Origin: Entomortierella parvispora E1425 | Taxonomy: Eukaryota > Fungi > Mortierellomycota | NCBI GenBank assembly: GCA_020891255.1 | Contig: BQFW01000006.1 | Location: forward strand, 1,116,001-1,180,000 | Direction of reading: 5' to 3' | Length of the DNA stretch: 64,000 nucleotides | Part shown: positions 19,479 to 30,810 of the stretch, in pieces | How positions within the stretch are numbered: position 1 is the stretch's first letter | Layout: the number at the start of each line of letters is the position of its first letter | The notes under the pieces: model-generated | Databases searched by the model: none | The model's input: only the letters and a program-made list of their open reading frames with translations | What the model was told of the DNA's origin: nothing | Translations under genes and position numbers: made by a program

Positions 19479-22400
19479 ATGGATCCAATGGAGCGAGCGA
19501 GCACTCGGGACAGCAATGGCGGTGGCGACAGCAGCGACTCTGACGGCGTTGCTAACGAAACACCACGAAAGCGTCAAAAAACACAGAGACCACAGAAAGC
19601 GCACAATAATTCTGGGTCCGAGTTCGACTTTGGATCCGACTCTGGATCCGACAGTGGCTCTGGCTCTGGCCCTGGATCTGGGTACGTGTTTGAATCCGAA
19701 CCCGAATCCGAATCTGGACCTGCACCTGAAAGGCGTAGACCTGTACCCGAGCGAATCATGCGAGATGCTAGACCACGCCCTCCACGCTGGACCCGCGACG
19801 ACGACGAAACACCAGAAATCGAGAGCAGATACCCCCAAACAGTCGTGTCGAGAGGATTTAAAGGCTTCGAGAATGGGATGGCAGAGAGGGTTTTGAATCA
19901 TCTCGAAGACTCTCTCTCAAGGGGAGGAGAAGAGGATGAAGCTCAAAGGGAGCAGGATCTGGCCACTGAGACAAGGGATCAAGGATTGGACGATGTTACC
20001 CTGTTGAATCTTTTCACCGCTCAGATCAAAACCAACTTGCCTCGAGGAACCGGCAAGAATGTCGTGAAATTGATTCGACAGAAAGTGGCGCAGGAGAACA
20101 TCTGCCGTTTGCCACAGCACTTTGATATTCGAAAGAGAAAACGGGCGATTCCCTACTACACTCTAGCCAGAGTTCCCGTATATCTCGAGCTGAAGACTTA
20201 CCGCCCTTTCGATTACAACCGTGAGTTAGATCCTCTTTATGGTTTCATGGTTTTAGGGTTGTGGCTATGTGTATCTTTTGATATTTCCTATTCAATGCCT
20301 TTTGTAACTAATTCTCAATTCTTGTTGGCTCTCTTCATTACGGCAGATAAATACGACTGGATGTCTCCAAGATCCCGCGTTCGCCAAAAAAATGACGAGC
20401 TGCATTACAAATTCAAGTGGACAGAGGCTCGTGTTGCAGAAGCGCAGCTGTCGCTGACAGGTAATTGCCCGCGTCTTGTTCTCTCTTTTTTTTTTTTTTG
20501 GTTTTCTGCTTGACTTATCGAAATAATGTCTACTCATGTAGCGGATGCGGAGGAAGTCGTTACGAGAGCCAAAATCACCGTGGAGCGTGGAAAAAGACGC
20601 ATGAGGAGACTGGATACAAAGTACTACTATGCGCCTATTGACATTTTGGACCGGCGTTGTAACTGGTGTGGAATCCAGATCATGGATTTCCGCAAACGAT
20701 TCCTTCTCCAGAGTGCTCTCATTGATGTCAAAGGAGTGGGACCTATACCAACATTGTATGACCTCGACCACGAAGGCAAACCTTTGTGTTACCACTGCGG
20801 TAAGGACTTTGATGCGCGTTGTGGAGGTACATCGATGTAACCATTTACTAACATTAATTATGTGATTAGTCGCTGAATGCGGAGCACTGCTCAAAGAAAA
20901 ACGAAGGTTCCAGACCCTTTACGAGCTGACGTCAGTTCCGGAACCTGAGGGATGTTGCCATTGCGGAATCCGAGAAAGTGTCCAGTTCAATCCCGCTTTT
21001 GGTTTAATCGGGAAAACATGCCATGACTGCAGTATGTTGTACAATGTTCAGAGTTCACTTTATATTGCTCCGGGTTGACGGCAACTGTTCTAATCAGATT
21101 ATCTTCAATAGCTGTTTATCATCTGAAAGAGGCTCGCTACCCCCTTCCTCCAAGGTTACCTAAACGGCATTTCCTGTAATGGCTTAACACATATTCCCAA
21201 AGTTGTTTTCGGGGTGGGGGTTCGCTGGACTTGATTCTAACGTACCCTTGTTTCTCTGTTATTCTAGATCATTGGTGAATGCGATTGTGGATTCGACCGA
21301 TAGTCAGGGCATACATTGGGACAGGGTTGCCAATGATGCTTTAGCAAATCCACGCTTTCTCTACACCGCACAAGGACTCCTATCTCAATGGTTGTATCGT
21401 GTTAGGTATCCTGGTAAGAGCAGACAAACTATGGGACGCTGTGTCGGGCAATCTCTATTTCATATTGACACTTGGTTCTCTACCACGAAACTACCTTAGA
21501 ACCCCAAAACTACTCGACGTACGTCCTGCTCCAGCGTAACCATTTGACAAGGCGAAGCCAGGACTGGGAACTTTACACTTGCCGAGCCGAGAGTCCTACA
21601 CACGCAGCCCTTTATTTTGCTCGCTTTGTGGCCTTGTACAAGAAGCGACCGATGACCTATCTCTACATCCGACAGGTTGAAGAGTGGAATATACCCCCTA
21701 CCCGCACTGATGAGTGGGAAGACCTGTCTTCTGGTCTGCTAACATTCGATCAACTCAAAAACAGGATCCGAAAGAATCTTCTAAAGAACGCCGAAACCAC
21801 ACCTTTGGATGAATGTGAGGAAGTGGAGGCCAAGGTGGTGGAGGAGGTCCTCTCGAATATTGCACAGATCAAAGAGAATCTACAGAGCGAAGTAGTGGAG
21901 AATCGCGTGCCTATGAGACGCCAGGATCGCTCAATGTGGAGAGTTCGAATGAAAACCGAGTTTGGTGTCGCCAATAGCCATTTGCTTGATCAACTTCACT
22001 GGGACGAAGAGGAGCATAGACGCGACCTTGCCGAGTTTAAAGATTATCTACCAGAAATCGTCAAGGCCTACCCTCCACGAAAGGGTGAGAAGGAGAAAGT
22101 TCGTCGCCGACAACTGAGATATTACGGCAAAAATACCACGAAGGCCATGAACGAGTTTGAAGAAAGACAAGGAGTGACAAAGGGTCTCTATGGTCTCTTG
22201 CCCTTGGATCGCCTTGAGGATCGCACACCCTACCTCCCACAATGGGCCAAGCGAAATGCACGGGACATTGCCAAGAAGACAATTGCAGACAATCGCCTTC
22301 GACGCATTCACGAGCGTCACGTCTTGTATGAGCGCTATCGGATTTTGGACCACTTAAGGCAGCGCATGTCCAGACACAATCTCTTCAAGTTTGCGCAGCC

Positions 22401-23697
22401 ATTTGGCGCAAGGAGTCTTCCAGCCGATATTAGCAAGTTCACAGGGATAGACGGGATCAAGAAGAGAAATGTGCAAGACTGTCAAGTGGTCGCTCTCAGT
22501 TTTAGGGGCGCCAACTCGGATGTGCCTTTTGATAAACCAAGTTATCATCTTTCAAGACCCCTCGATCCGCTCAGGAATCCCAACAACCTTCGGTTAAAGC
22601 TCGGACCAAGACCGGACCTCTCCTCAGACTCGGTGCGGAAGAACTATTTGCATGGGTTGATGGAGAAAGAAAAGAAAGCTGCTGCCGACCTCGATCCTAT
22701 TGTTACCACCTTGAGGCTCAATTGGACGTACAGCGAGCCTTTGAATTTTGCCCGTCGACAGGAGCTCCCTGATGCATTTGAAAGCGCAGCAACGCCGTCG
22801 GGTCAATACCCAGTCCATCTTCTGCCAGCAGAGTATCAGGTGCACGTCTTTCAGTCTGTACTCATTCCAGAGTCTCGGACCGTACATGTTCGATTGATCC
22901 GCACCGAGCGATATCGACGCCAAGGCGACAGTGTCCAAGGCGGTGGACCTGTGCAATTGCCCTCGGTCATCAACTCGGAGAATACTAGAGGATTCTACCG
23001 GGATTCCAACAGGGCTGAGCGTTACAAGAGCTCGATTAAGGGACCAGATTCAACAGCTCTGAAGACTGAACCAGAGCCAGCGGTTTTCCTCCGATCCTAT
23101 GTTGATCCCAAATCGGGCCAACGAGGTGTCGAAACTTGGCTGCCAAAGAAGAAAAAGGAGCCTTCGGCCGCAGCCCTTCCACATGCCCTTCGCCTGTTGA
23201 GACCCGACAGCAATCTTGATTCAACAGACGAGGATGAAAGCGACAGTGAGGAAGAAGTAAAGGAGGATTCTGAGAAGTCTGAGGCCGAGGACGAGAACGA
23301 CTTGGAGGAATTCAATGGTATCCCTCACCAGGTGCAGTACGAGCCCACGATTGACGAGTTGTCCGAGGTGACCTACTTTGAAGACAGTCAAGCGTTTTCA
23401 AAGGACAGAAATAGGCGCATACTCCGTCAGTCCGTTCAGGAGATGGACCAGGAAGTTGTACTGCCCTCAGTGCTGCGGACAGTGGCTGCCTATGGTCAAT
23501 TGGATCAATACTTGCCCCCATCTGCGGCTCTGGATTCAGACTCGGACGAAGACATGGATTCGGAAGACGATCAGCCGTCCAAGATCCAACCACTTGTCGA
23601 AAGAGAACTTATCCGCTACGCAAAGCTGAAACTCGCGGTTGCGAAACGAACTCCAAAGCAATATCCGAAAACCAAAAGACTGAAAGAAGAAATATAA
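19479..23697 (+). CDS. Large (~1236 aa) uncharacterised protein with CxxC Zn-finger motifs and a Myb/SANT-like segment
   Basis: Exons 19479-20220, 20347-20460, 20542-20826, 20870-21031, 21112-21175, 21268-21413 and 21500-23697 join in one frame (3711 nt) through GT-AG introns. Contains CNWC-x39-CYHC, CCHC-x18-CHDC and HWDRVA...TAQGLLSQW. Confidence 0.65.
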
Positions 23698-23816
23698 AAA
23701 AAAATAAAAATGGCGAAAGAGTAGGAAAGAAAACCATTGATCTCACAACAGCAAAGGGGAGAAAAGGAGATGTAAATTTCAAAACGTAGGCAGATCCTGT
23801 TAGTTTTATTGAAAAT

Positions 23817-25134
23817 TTAGAACTTGGCGAAGTTCTTGGCACCCTTGACGACCTTCTTCTGGACCTTGAGGACGTTGAAGCGGACAGTCTTGGAAAGGGG
23901 GCGGCACTGGCCAACAGTGACGGAGTCACCCTGCTGGACACCGATGAAGCAAGGGGACATGTGAGCGGCCAAGTTCTAAAGGGAGAAGGAAAAGAGAAAT
24001 CATATGAGTATGCAAGTCTTAAACAAAAAAAAATATAATGAATCAGGGGCGAGTCCATGGTAGCAGTTCCTGGAAAGGCCCTCCTAATATTGTTGTAGAT
24101 CTCAAGCTAGTAACTGAACATGGCGGTCTGATTGACAACCACTCCTGTGAGGCAGCGGTTGATTCCCAGAACTGAACGTAGCGACCGAACAAAGGGTTGG
24201 GCAACTGAGTTGAGAGTGAAGGCGATAAACATTTATGGTCTCGAGCATTGGTGTTGCTGTCCATGCTGCAGTGGTTGTCATCTTCTTGTATTGTCCATTT
24301 GATACTGCTGAGGTCGGCCACGAGAGTAGCTGGAAAGTGGGACCTGTTCAGTGTAAACAATAGTGGGAGCCTCGAATTTTTTTTTTACCTTGTGGCGCTT
24401 CTCGTAACGGTTGTACTTGGAGATGAAGTGGAGGTACTCGCGACGGATGATGATGGTGCGCTTCATCTTGGTGGAGATGATCTCTCCGGTCAAGATGCGG
24501 CCACGGATGGAAACATCGCCGGTGAAGGGGCACTTCTTGTCAATGTAGTGACCCTCAATAGCCTCCTTGGGGGTCTTGAAACCAAGACCGACATCCTTGT
24601 ACCAGCGGTTGTTCTTGACCGACTTCTTGCCGGCAACCTTGGCGTTTTGGAAGATACCCTGCTGCTTCTGGAAAGCCTTTTCGATCTGTTGGATTTGATT
24701 GATTTCGACAATTAGAGAATAATCAAAAAAAGGTCAGCCTCTCTTGCCCTTTTGGTTGAATCGTAATGTCGATGATGAATTCCATTCCAAAATGAAGTTG
24801 ATTCATGATCCTGAATCCTGCTGGTCTGATCAATCCTGATCCATGACGAGGGGTGGTCCAGTCCATTGATTCAGGAAAGAAACGGAAACAAGGGATCTTT
24901 TTTTTTTTTTTGTTTTTTGATCATGGTCCGGATCATGATCAAAGTGATCCCATGAATCCTATGATGAGAATAAGGGTCGCTTCTGACAAATGGTCCATGA
25001 ATCCCCAATGTTGCCCCGTGGAGTTGTTGTCGGTGGAACAATGCGAGGCAAGGGTTCTCCTGAGGGACGAGGTGGGTGCTTCCTGAATGAGTTTTTTTTG
25101 TTGAATCCCGAATCCCACGCACCTGCTCAGACAT
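23817..25134 (-). CDS. RPS11: 40S ribosomal protein S11 (uS17)
   Basis: Exons 25134-25123 (MSEQ), 24685-24389 and 23975-23817. Sequence [45 protein letters not shown]|NLAAHMSP. Confidence 0.95.
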
Positions 25135-25434
25135 GATGGGAAGTTGGCAAAAAAGGATGTTCAAAAATCCGCTGCTGCTGTTTTGTTATGGACAGTTGCT
25201 GGTCCCGTGACCTGCCTCCTCAGCCACCGAGATCGCTGTGCCGCCCCTTAACGCGATTTCGAGGGTCCCTGTTGGATGTGCCTTTTGCTCGCACTCCGCT
25301 CCTTTTGACTTCTTCCGCCACCAAAAGGTAAAAAAAGAGAAGAGGCTCCTCCCAATCCTTCCGCTCCTTCCTCTCATTCTCTCATTGCTTGACATCCATC
25401 CTCTCCTGTGTCTCCATCCTCTCATCAGCTCACA

Positions 25435-27472
25435 ATGTCCCGAAGAAGCAGAGCCAATGGAAACACCTTTGTCAACAATGTCCGAGGTCCAACCAGTGCC
25501 CTCACAAGTTTCCTGAATGAACGAGGCATTCGTCGAGCGAACCCCGCCCCTGCCCCTGCCGCCGAAGCCCCTGCATCCCCTTCGCCCGATTCCCCCGATA
25601 TCGAACAGAGCGAGGAAGGCACCGCTGGAACCAGCACTGTAACCACTACGACTGTCTCTGAAAGAACTGTCCGACTCACTCGTGGCCGCCGAGCTGCCGT
25701 CTCTGCTAGCACTTCCCGGTCAGAGTCAATTGACATTGACGGTGTCTCGGACGACGACGACGAGGACGAAAAGGACGGTGTGAACTTGGTGCAGCTCCCT
25801 GTTAGCACTCGCCCTGTAAGATCCACTCGCTCAGCGGCAGCGTCGTCTTCTAACGCTGCTGCCTCCAAGGCCAAGGGTAAGGCCGTCGAGACCGAGTCTA
25901 AGAAGCGTCCTCGCAAGAAAGGCGATCCAGATTCCTCCGACGATGACTATGTTCAAGAGAACGCCGGATACCCCTCGAGATCCAACTTTAGTCACAAAAG
26001 AAGATTGCCTCGGGCCACCAACAAGATCGAGTTTTGCTCTCGCTGTCGTGCGCGTTTCACAGTCAAGGCCGGAACCACCCCTGTTGTGGATGAAGATGAC
26101 GGCGGTCTGTTGTGCCCCACCTGTGCCGGAGATGCAGCTCCTGTGACACCCAGTCAACCCAAAGCAAAGCCCATCAAACGTGCACGACGCAAGGCACAGA
26201 AAGCCGAAATCGAATGTCAAGTCCCGTCCCTGCAGGACTTGTGCATCAGTGTGAGGGCATAATGTCATTGCATGTTACAAGCTTGTTTCCATCTATGATC
26301 AGTTCATTAATACTTCATCGAATATCTCTTATATCGTCATCCAGAAAATCGCCTCTTGCATTGAGGATGTCGAGGGGTTTGGGGATATCAGCTCCATCAG
26401 CATGGACAAGATTTGCAAGATTATTTGCCGTAACCGGTCTCTGGACACTGATACTCTTCAGCTCTTCCTCGACGCTCGACTTACAGATCTGACTCTGTAC
26501 GACTGTACGAATATCACGGCCAATGGTCTTCAGAACATTGCTCAGTTCAGCCCTTTGCTTCGATCGTTGAAGCTCAAGCTTTGTGGTCGGATCAATAACG
26601 AGGTCCTGGATTTCTATTCGGAACATCTTACAGAGCTCACATCGTTGTCTTTGTTTGGACCCATTCTTATCTTGGAGCCATCCTACATCAAGTTCTTTGA
26701 GTCTGTAGGTGAGAGATTGGAACGATTTGAGCTCAAGAGTTCGACGCGATTCTCACTGAAGGCCGTGACGGCTCTGTGTGAAAGCTGCCCGAACCTGACA
26801 CATCTTCGATTGAGCGACTGTAACCTGATGGACGACAACTGGCTAGCACCTATTTCCAACCTCACGCAACTGAAATCACTTCGTATCCGTAATCCGGAGC
26901 CCGACAAAGTAACGACCGAGGCAGTGGTGAAGTTGATTCAGGCTGTGGGATCCGGATTAGAAGAATTGGAGCTCAAGGGCATTCCGTCCTTGGAGGATCC
27001 TGTTCTTTTGGATGCCATTCGGCCGTGCTGTGTTCGCCTCGAGAGACTCAACTTGATGGGATGCGAGGACTTTACAACAGAAGGTGTCGAGTCTTTGTTC
27101 AAGGGCTGGTCTCTCAACCGTGGATTGTCGTACATCAACCTCGAAGGCTGTGTGATGTTGAAGGACGAGGCCTTCACTGCAGCGATCAATCACTCTTGCG
27201 ATACTTTGGAACGATTGAGCATCAAGTGTATGGATGAACTGACAAAGGACGCTTTGATGGCGTTGAACAAGTGCGAGAATCTTTCGATCCTGGATGCAAG
27301 TTGGTGCCGTGCTATGGATGACGAAGTGATGGAGGGGTTGGTCAAGGTGGCTCCAAAGTTGAGCAAAGTGACAGTGTGGGGTGATCATCGATTGACAGAG
27401 TGTTGCCCGACGCGGCAAGGTCTTAAGATTGTTGGTCGCGAAGGCGACTATATTGATCTGCGATTCATGTAG
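25435..27472 (+). CDS. RAD7: Rad7-like nucleotide-excision-repair LRR protein
   Basis: Exons 25435-26250 and 26345-27472. N-terminal VRGPTSALTSFL motif, Zn-like CSRC..CPTC, VPSLQDLCI, then RNI-type LRRs. Confidence 0.8.
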
Positions 27473-27704
27473 TGTCCGAACTTGATTAAAACGATTCTTG
27501 CCATGCAAGTGCCTCATTATTATTTTTGTATTGAAGACACGATCGTCGGCATATTGCAAAGACATTGTGGTTTCTTCACTGATGGCCAAGGTCTTTTTCA
27601 AGATCTTCGCCTGCTGGAGAGATGTAATCATCATATTATCGGTGCTGCTGTTCTACTTCTCTTCATTCCAAGGCTGAGTTTCGCAAGATAAACACTGAAC
27701 CTCA

Positions 27705-28120
27705 GAGGACATGGCCAAACAGTTTCTGAAGACAATTGACATCCGCAACCGAAATCACCCCAACAGGAGTGGACTTGGCATTTAATAACTCTTCGAACCA
27801 CAGCTGTGTTACGAAAGATGTGTTGGTGGTGAACAGAATGAATATGTCACCAGCCAGGGAACAGCCATGCCAGAAGGATAACACTATCTGCGGGGTTACG
27901 AATTGGATGGGTTATCAAGATAATCAAAAAGTTGAAGAGCCAAGACGAACATTCAAGAGAGTGAAGCAAGTTCTTCTAGACCGCGGTCTTTAGCAGCATG
28001 GACTCTGTAAGAACGTGTGCAATATGCAGAGGTGATGACAAGGGTCCTCGGTGGACCTCATGCTGTGCAGAACGTACACTGGAAGTGCCAGAGCTAGAGT
28101 CCAAACAGCTCAATTGCAAG
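27705..28120 (+). pseudogene. Decayed IS630/Tc1-mariner-like DDE transposase fragment
   Basis: Colinear motifs across three frames: EDMAKQFLKTIDI..NHP, FNNSSNH..DVLVVNRMNMSPAREQP, KRVKQVLLDRGL*, and CAIC..RWTSCCAERTL. These parallel the FDNSSNH / DAL..MN.PGGKQP / KQVL.ERGLW / CCA.R.L pattern of fungal transposases, recalled from memory. Confidence 0.55.
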
Positions 28121-28261
28121 ATTATTTTTTTTTGGTGTACTCTGTTTCAATTGAAAAGGTAGACATGGGGCATGCCAGCGTGGCTCAGCAGTCGCCAAAA
28201 AAGGGTCATAAGATCACTGCTTTATTGCAAAAAGATATTGTTGTTGTAGGGATGCTTTCAT

Positions 28262-29590
28262 TCAAGGCCAAGCCCAAAAGAAAGGCGATCCTTCACAGCG
28301 AATCTGCGACGATAAACTCTGCAAGAGCTGTTCGATAACCAACTCCAACTTTGAGGTTTGTTCCGCATTGTGCATTTTTGTCTTGATGTACTCCAGAAGA
28401 TGCTCAAGACTGTCGGCTGTGCTTGTAGTTTTGGGGCTCTTGATGTCTCCACGGTGAAGACTGCCCTCTTCATGATCTTCGACCGTTATAGTGGCATCAT
28501 CGTCCTCATCATCACTGTCATTACTTCCGCTATCTGAGTCCTTTTCATTCCAAGACTGGGTTTCGGGGCCTAGAGAAACCGCGTTTTGTAATGCTCCTGA
28601 GCTAGAAGGGCAGCGTATTATCGAGGTGCCAGTAGGTGGTTGAATGGGAAGAGGGCAAGGGCGGCGATGGAGATCTGACCGCGGACTGATTATAAATGAA
28701 GGAAGACTAGCGACGTTTGACTCGTCTCCAGAGATGCAAATTGGTTTGCACGAAGGGAGGGTTGGGCTGGAAAAAAGGTGCTGCATCATACCCTGGAGAC
28801 AGCTGGTTGACATGCTAGAATGAAATGACTGGGAATGAGTACTACCGTTTGCCATGTCTTCTGGGAACTGTGTTGAGGTCAAGAAAGTCTGAGGGGATAC
28901 ATATTGAGCTCTTGTGGCTGCAGTGGAAGCGGCTGTTGCAGCGCCAGCCTTCTTGGTCTCTGAAAGCTTCCATCCAGGCTCGCGTCTGTCCAGTACGTGA
29001 TTACGCTCGGCACCACTGTAGGTAGTCGTTTGGTGGGCCACAAACACAAGTCGTTGGTCATCGAACCAGTTTTTCGTCATTGCTGAAATGTCACTCTCTT
29101 CTGGATCTAGGATCGCATCCAAAACACCATCTGGTAGACCAGCCGCCACTGCAAAAGTGTCGTCCTTCTTGTCCTGTGTGTCAAAATACAATGTCTCCAT
29201 TCGACTCAACTCTCGACCATAGGCGTTCCTTCGAGGAAAGGATGACCATGGCGAAAAAAAGATCCTGGGCGAGTCACTGTTCATCCAGTGAGTGGAGAAA
29301 GGCCATGTCCTCCCATGAGAAGGAGCTGGTGGTGTGGCAGCCGCTCGTTGGAGGCTCGATTCTGACCTCTTGAACCAGCCGCCAGGTGGGGGACAGACGG
29401 CCTTGATACTTGTAGCCAGAAACAGAGGATAGGTGGGAACGGCTCGATCGAGGCTGTGATAGTTTGTGGACGTCCTCTGAGTGGGATGTAGTAGACTTAG
29501 TTGGATGTTGATATTTGCTGCAATAGCCGAGGTCAAGATCGAGGTGGCATTCTCAGGCCGTTTGTTTCGAAGGTGCATAGGGTCGGTCAT
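28262..29590 (-). CDS. Hypothetical, largely disordered protein (~440 aa; true start uncertain)
   Basis: 442-aa ORF with Ser/Thr/Pro-rich and acidic tracts and a short C-terminal helical segment. No family recognised. Confidence 0.45.
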   Translation of the reverse strand: MTDPMHLRNKRPENATSILTSAIAANINIQLSLLHPTQRTSTNYHSLDRAVPTYPLFLATSIKAVCPPPGGWFKRSESSLQRAAATPPAPSHGRTWPFSTHWMNSDSPRIFFSPWSSFPRRNAYGRELSRMETLYFDTQDKKDDTFAVAAGLPDGVLDAILDPEESDISAMTKNWFDDQRLVFVAHQTTTYSGAERNHVLDRREPGWKLSETKKAGAATAASTAATRAQYVSPQTFLTSTQFPEDMANGSTHSQSFHSSMSTSCLQGMMQHLFSSPTLPSCKPICISGDESNVASLPSFIISPRSDLHRRPCPLPIQPPTGTSIIRCPSSSGALQNAVSLGPETQSWNEKDSDSGSNDSDDEDDDATITVEDHEEGSLHRGDIKSPKTTSTADSLEHLLEYIKTKMHNAEQTSKLELVIEQLLQSLSSQIRCEGSPFFWAWP

Positions 29591-30290
29591 TGTCTGAAGG
29601 AAAAGTTCACTGTACTGACTTGAAGTGTTTGGCTGAGATATCTAAGAATCCTTGGTTTTATGCAGATGGCGAGTAGCAGAGGAACAGAAATGGGGAGTAT
29701 GAAAGGGTCAGAGAGCGAGAGCGGCGGTTCAGGCAACAGACGTCTTTTATAGATTGCTATTGTTCGGGAATTCACAGCGTACTTGGACATTGTGGTTACT
29801 TCCAGGAACGCTCTTTCACCGATGTGGATCCTGGATTGTGTGCTGGGTGTTATAGAGTGTGTCGAATGTTTCCGCGCCAAAGTCCGAAGTTGGATCATTG
29901 TGGTCCTCAAAACTGACGCTGTTCCTGCCGCCAGGTTTCTATTTCCAAAATGGGTCGACGGCAGAAATCGTGCAGTTCCCACACGCGTTGGGACGCGATT
30001 CCTCAGAAATGAATGCAGCATGGAAGTACATGTACTGTTCAGCGGGCATTGTATTGTCGTTGCAGTTGGTGGGCCAAGGCGAAGTATCTCTGCATGAGGT
30101 GTTTTTCTGTCCAGACGGACAGATATGTCCTGGAATAGGTAAAACTATTGCCATTCGATTTCCCGCACTGCCTTTCAATATTAACGGGCCATTGCAGTGC
30201 AGTGCAGCTAGAATCTGCTCCTGTGCATCAGTTGCTTGCAGTGAAAAGAGCAGAGAGGCAGGGAGGGAAGGAAGCAGGGGTCTTGGTGTC

Positions 30291-30326
30291 GCACCCACCC
30301 GCCTGGTTGCACCCACCCGCCTGGTT
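30291..30326. repeat. Perfect 18-bp tandem duplication (GCACCCACCCGCCTGGTT)x2
   Basis: Read directly at 30291-30308 and 30309-30326. Confidence 0.9.
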
Positions 30327-30810
30327 GCTGTCCCCACGTGCAGGAGGAGCGGTCTGATGGTACTGGGTGATGTAAGCTGTCCCCTGCTTGGCCTTGCACC
30401 CGCCCGCTCTTCCCGCGGGAGGAGACAGGTCGATACATGGCTAGAGAAGAGGAAGACATGGCCAGAGGACCCAAGCGCTGTCTGTGTCCCGAAGAGCATC
30501 CAAACCCAGGGAACAACACACTGCCAATCTGCAATAGTGTTTTTTAAAGTTCCTGGGCGGGATGAGAGCAGACTGCCGGAGGAAAGAAGACACAGAAGAA
30601 AGAAGAAAAGAGGCCATGATGGGCGATGGTTGGATGTGGATGGGTGCTCTTTTCTTTTTTTTTCTTTCTCTTTCTTTCTCTCTTCTTTCTGTTCATGTCT
30701 CTTCCCTCCCTATCCTTCTCTCCCTCGCCTTCTTGCCACCTTCCCCTCGCTCCATCCTCAGTGTTCATTCATTCCTCCATTCGTCTGCATTCATCCCTTG
30801 AACCAGCACC

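Noticed and set aside
24961-24986. C/D-box-like ATGATGA...CTGA inside RPS11 intron 1
   Set aside because: It is on the plus strand, antisense to the host transcript, and too short for a full C/D snoRNA.
30160-30230. UvrD-like P-loop in minus-strand QEQILAALHCNGPLILKGSAGNRMAIV
   Set aside because: It lacks the GK[ST] core and no further helicase motifs follow. Probably chance.
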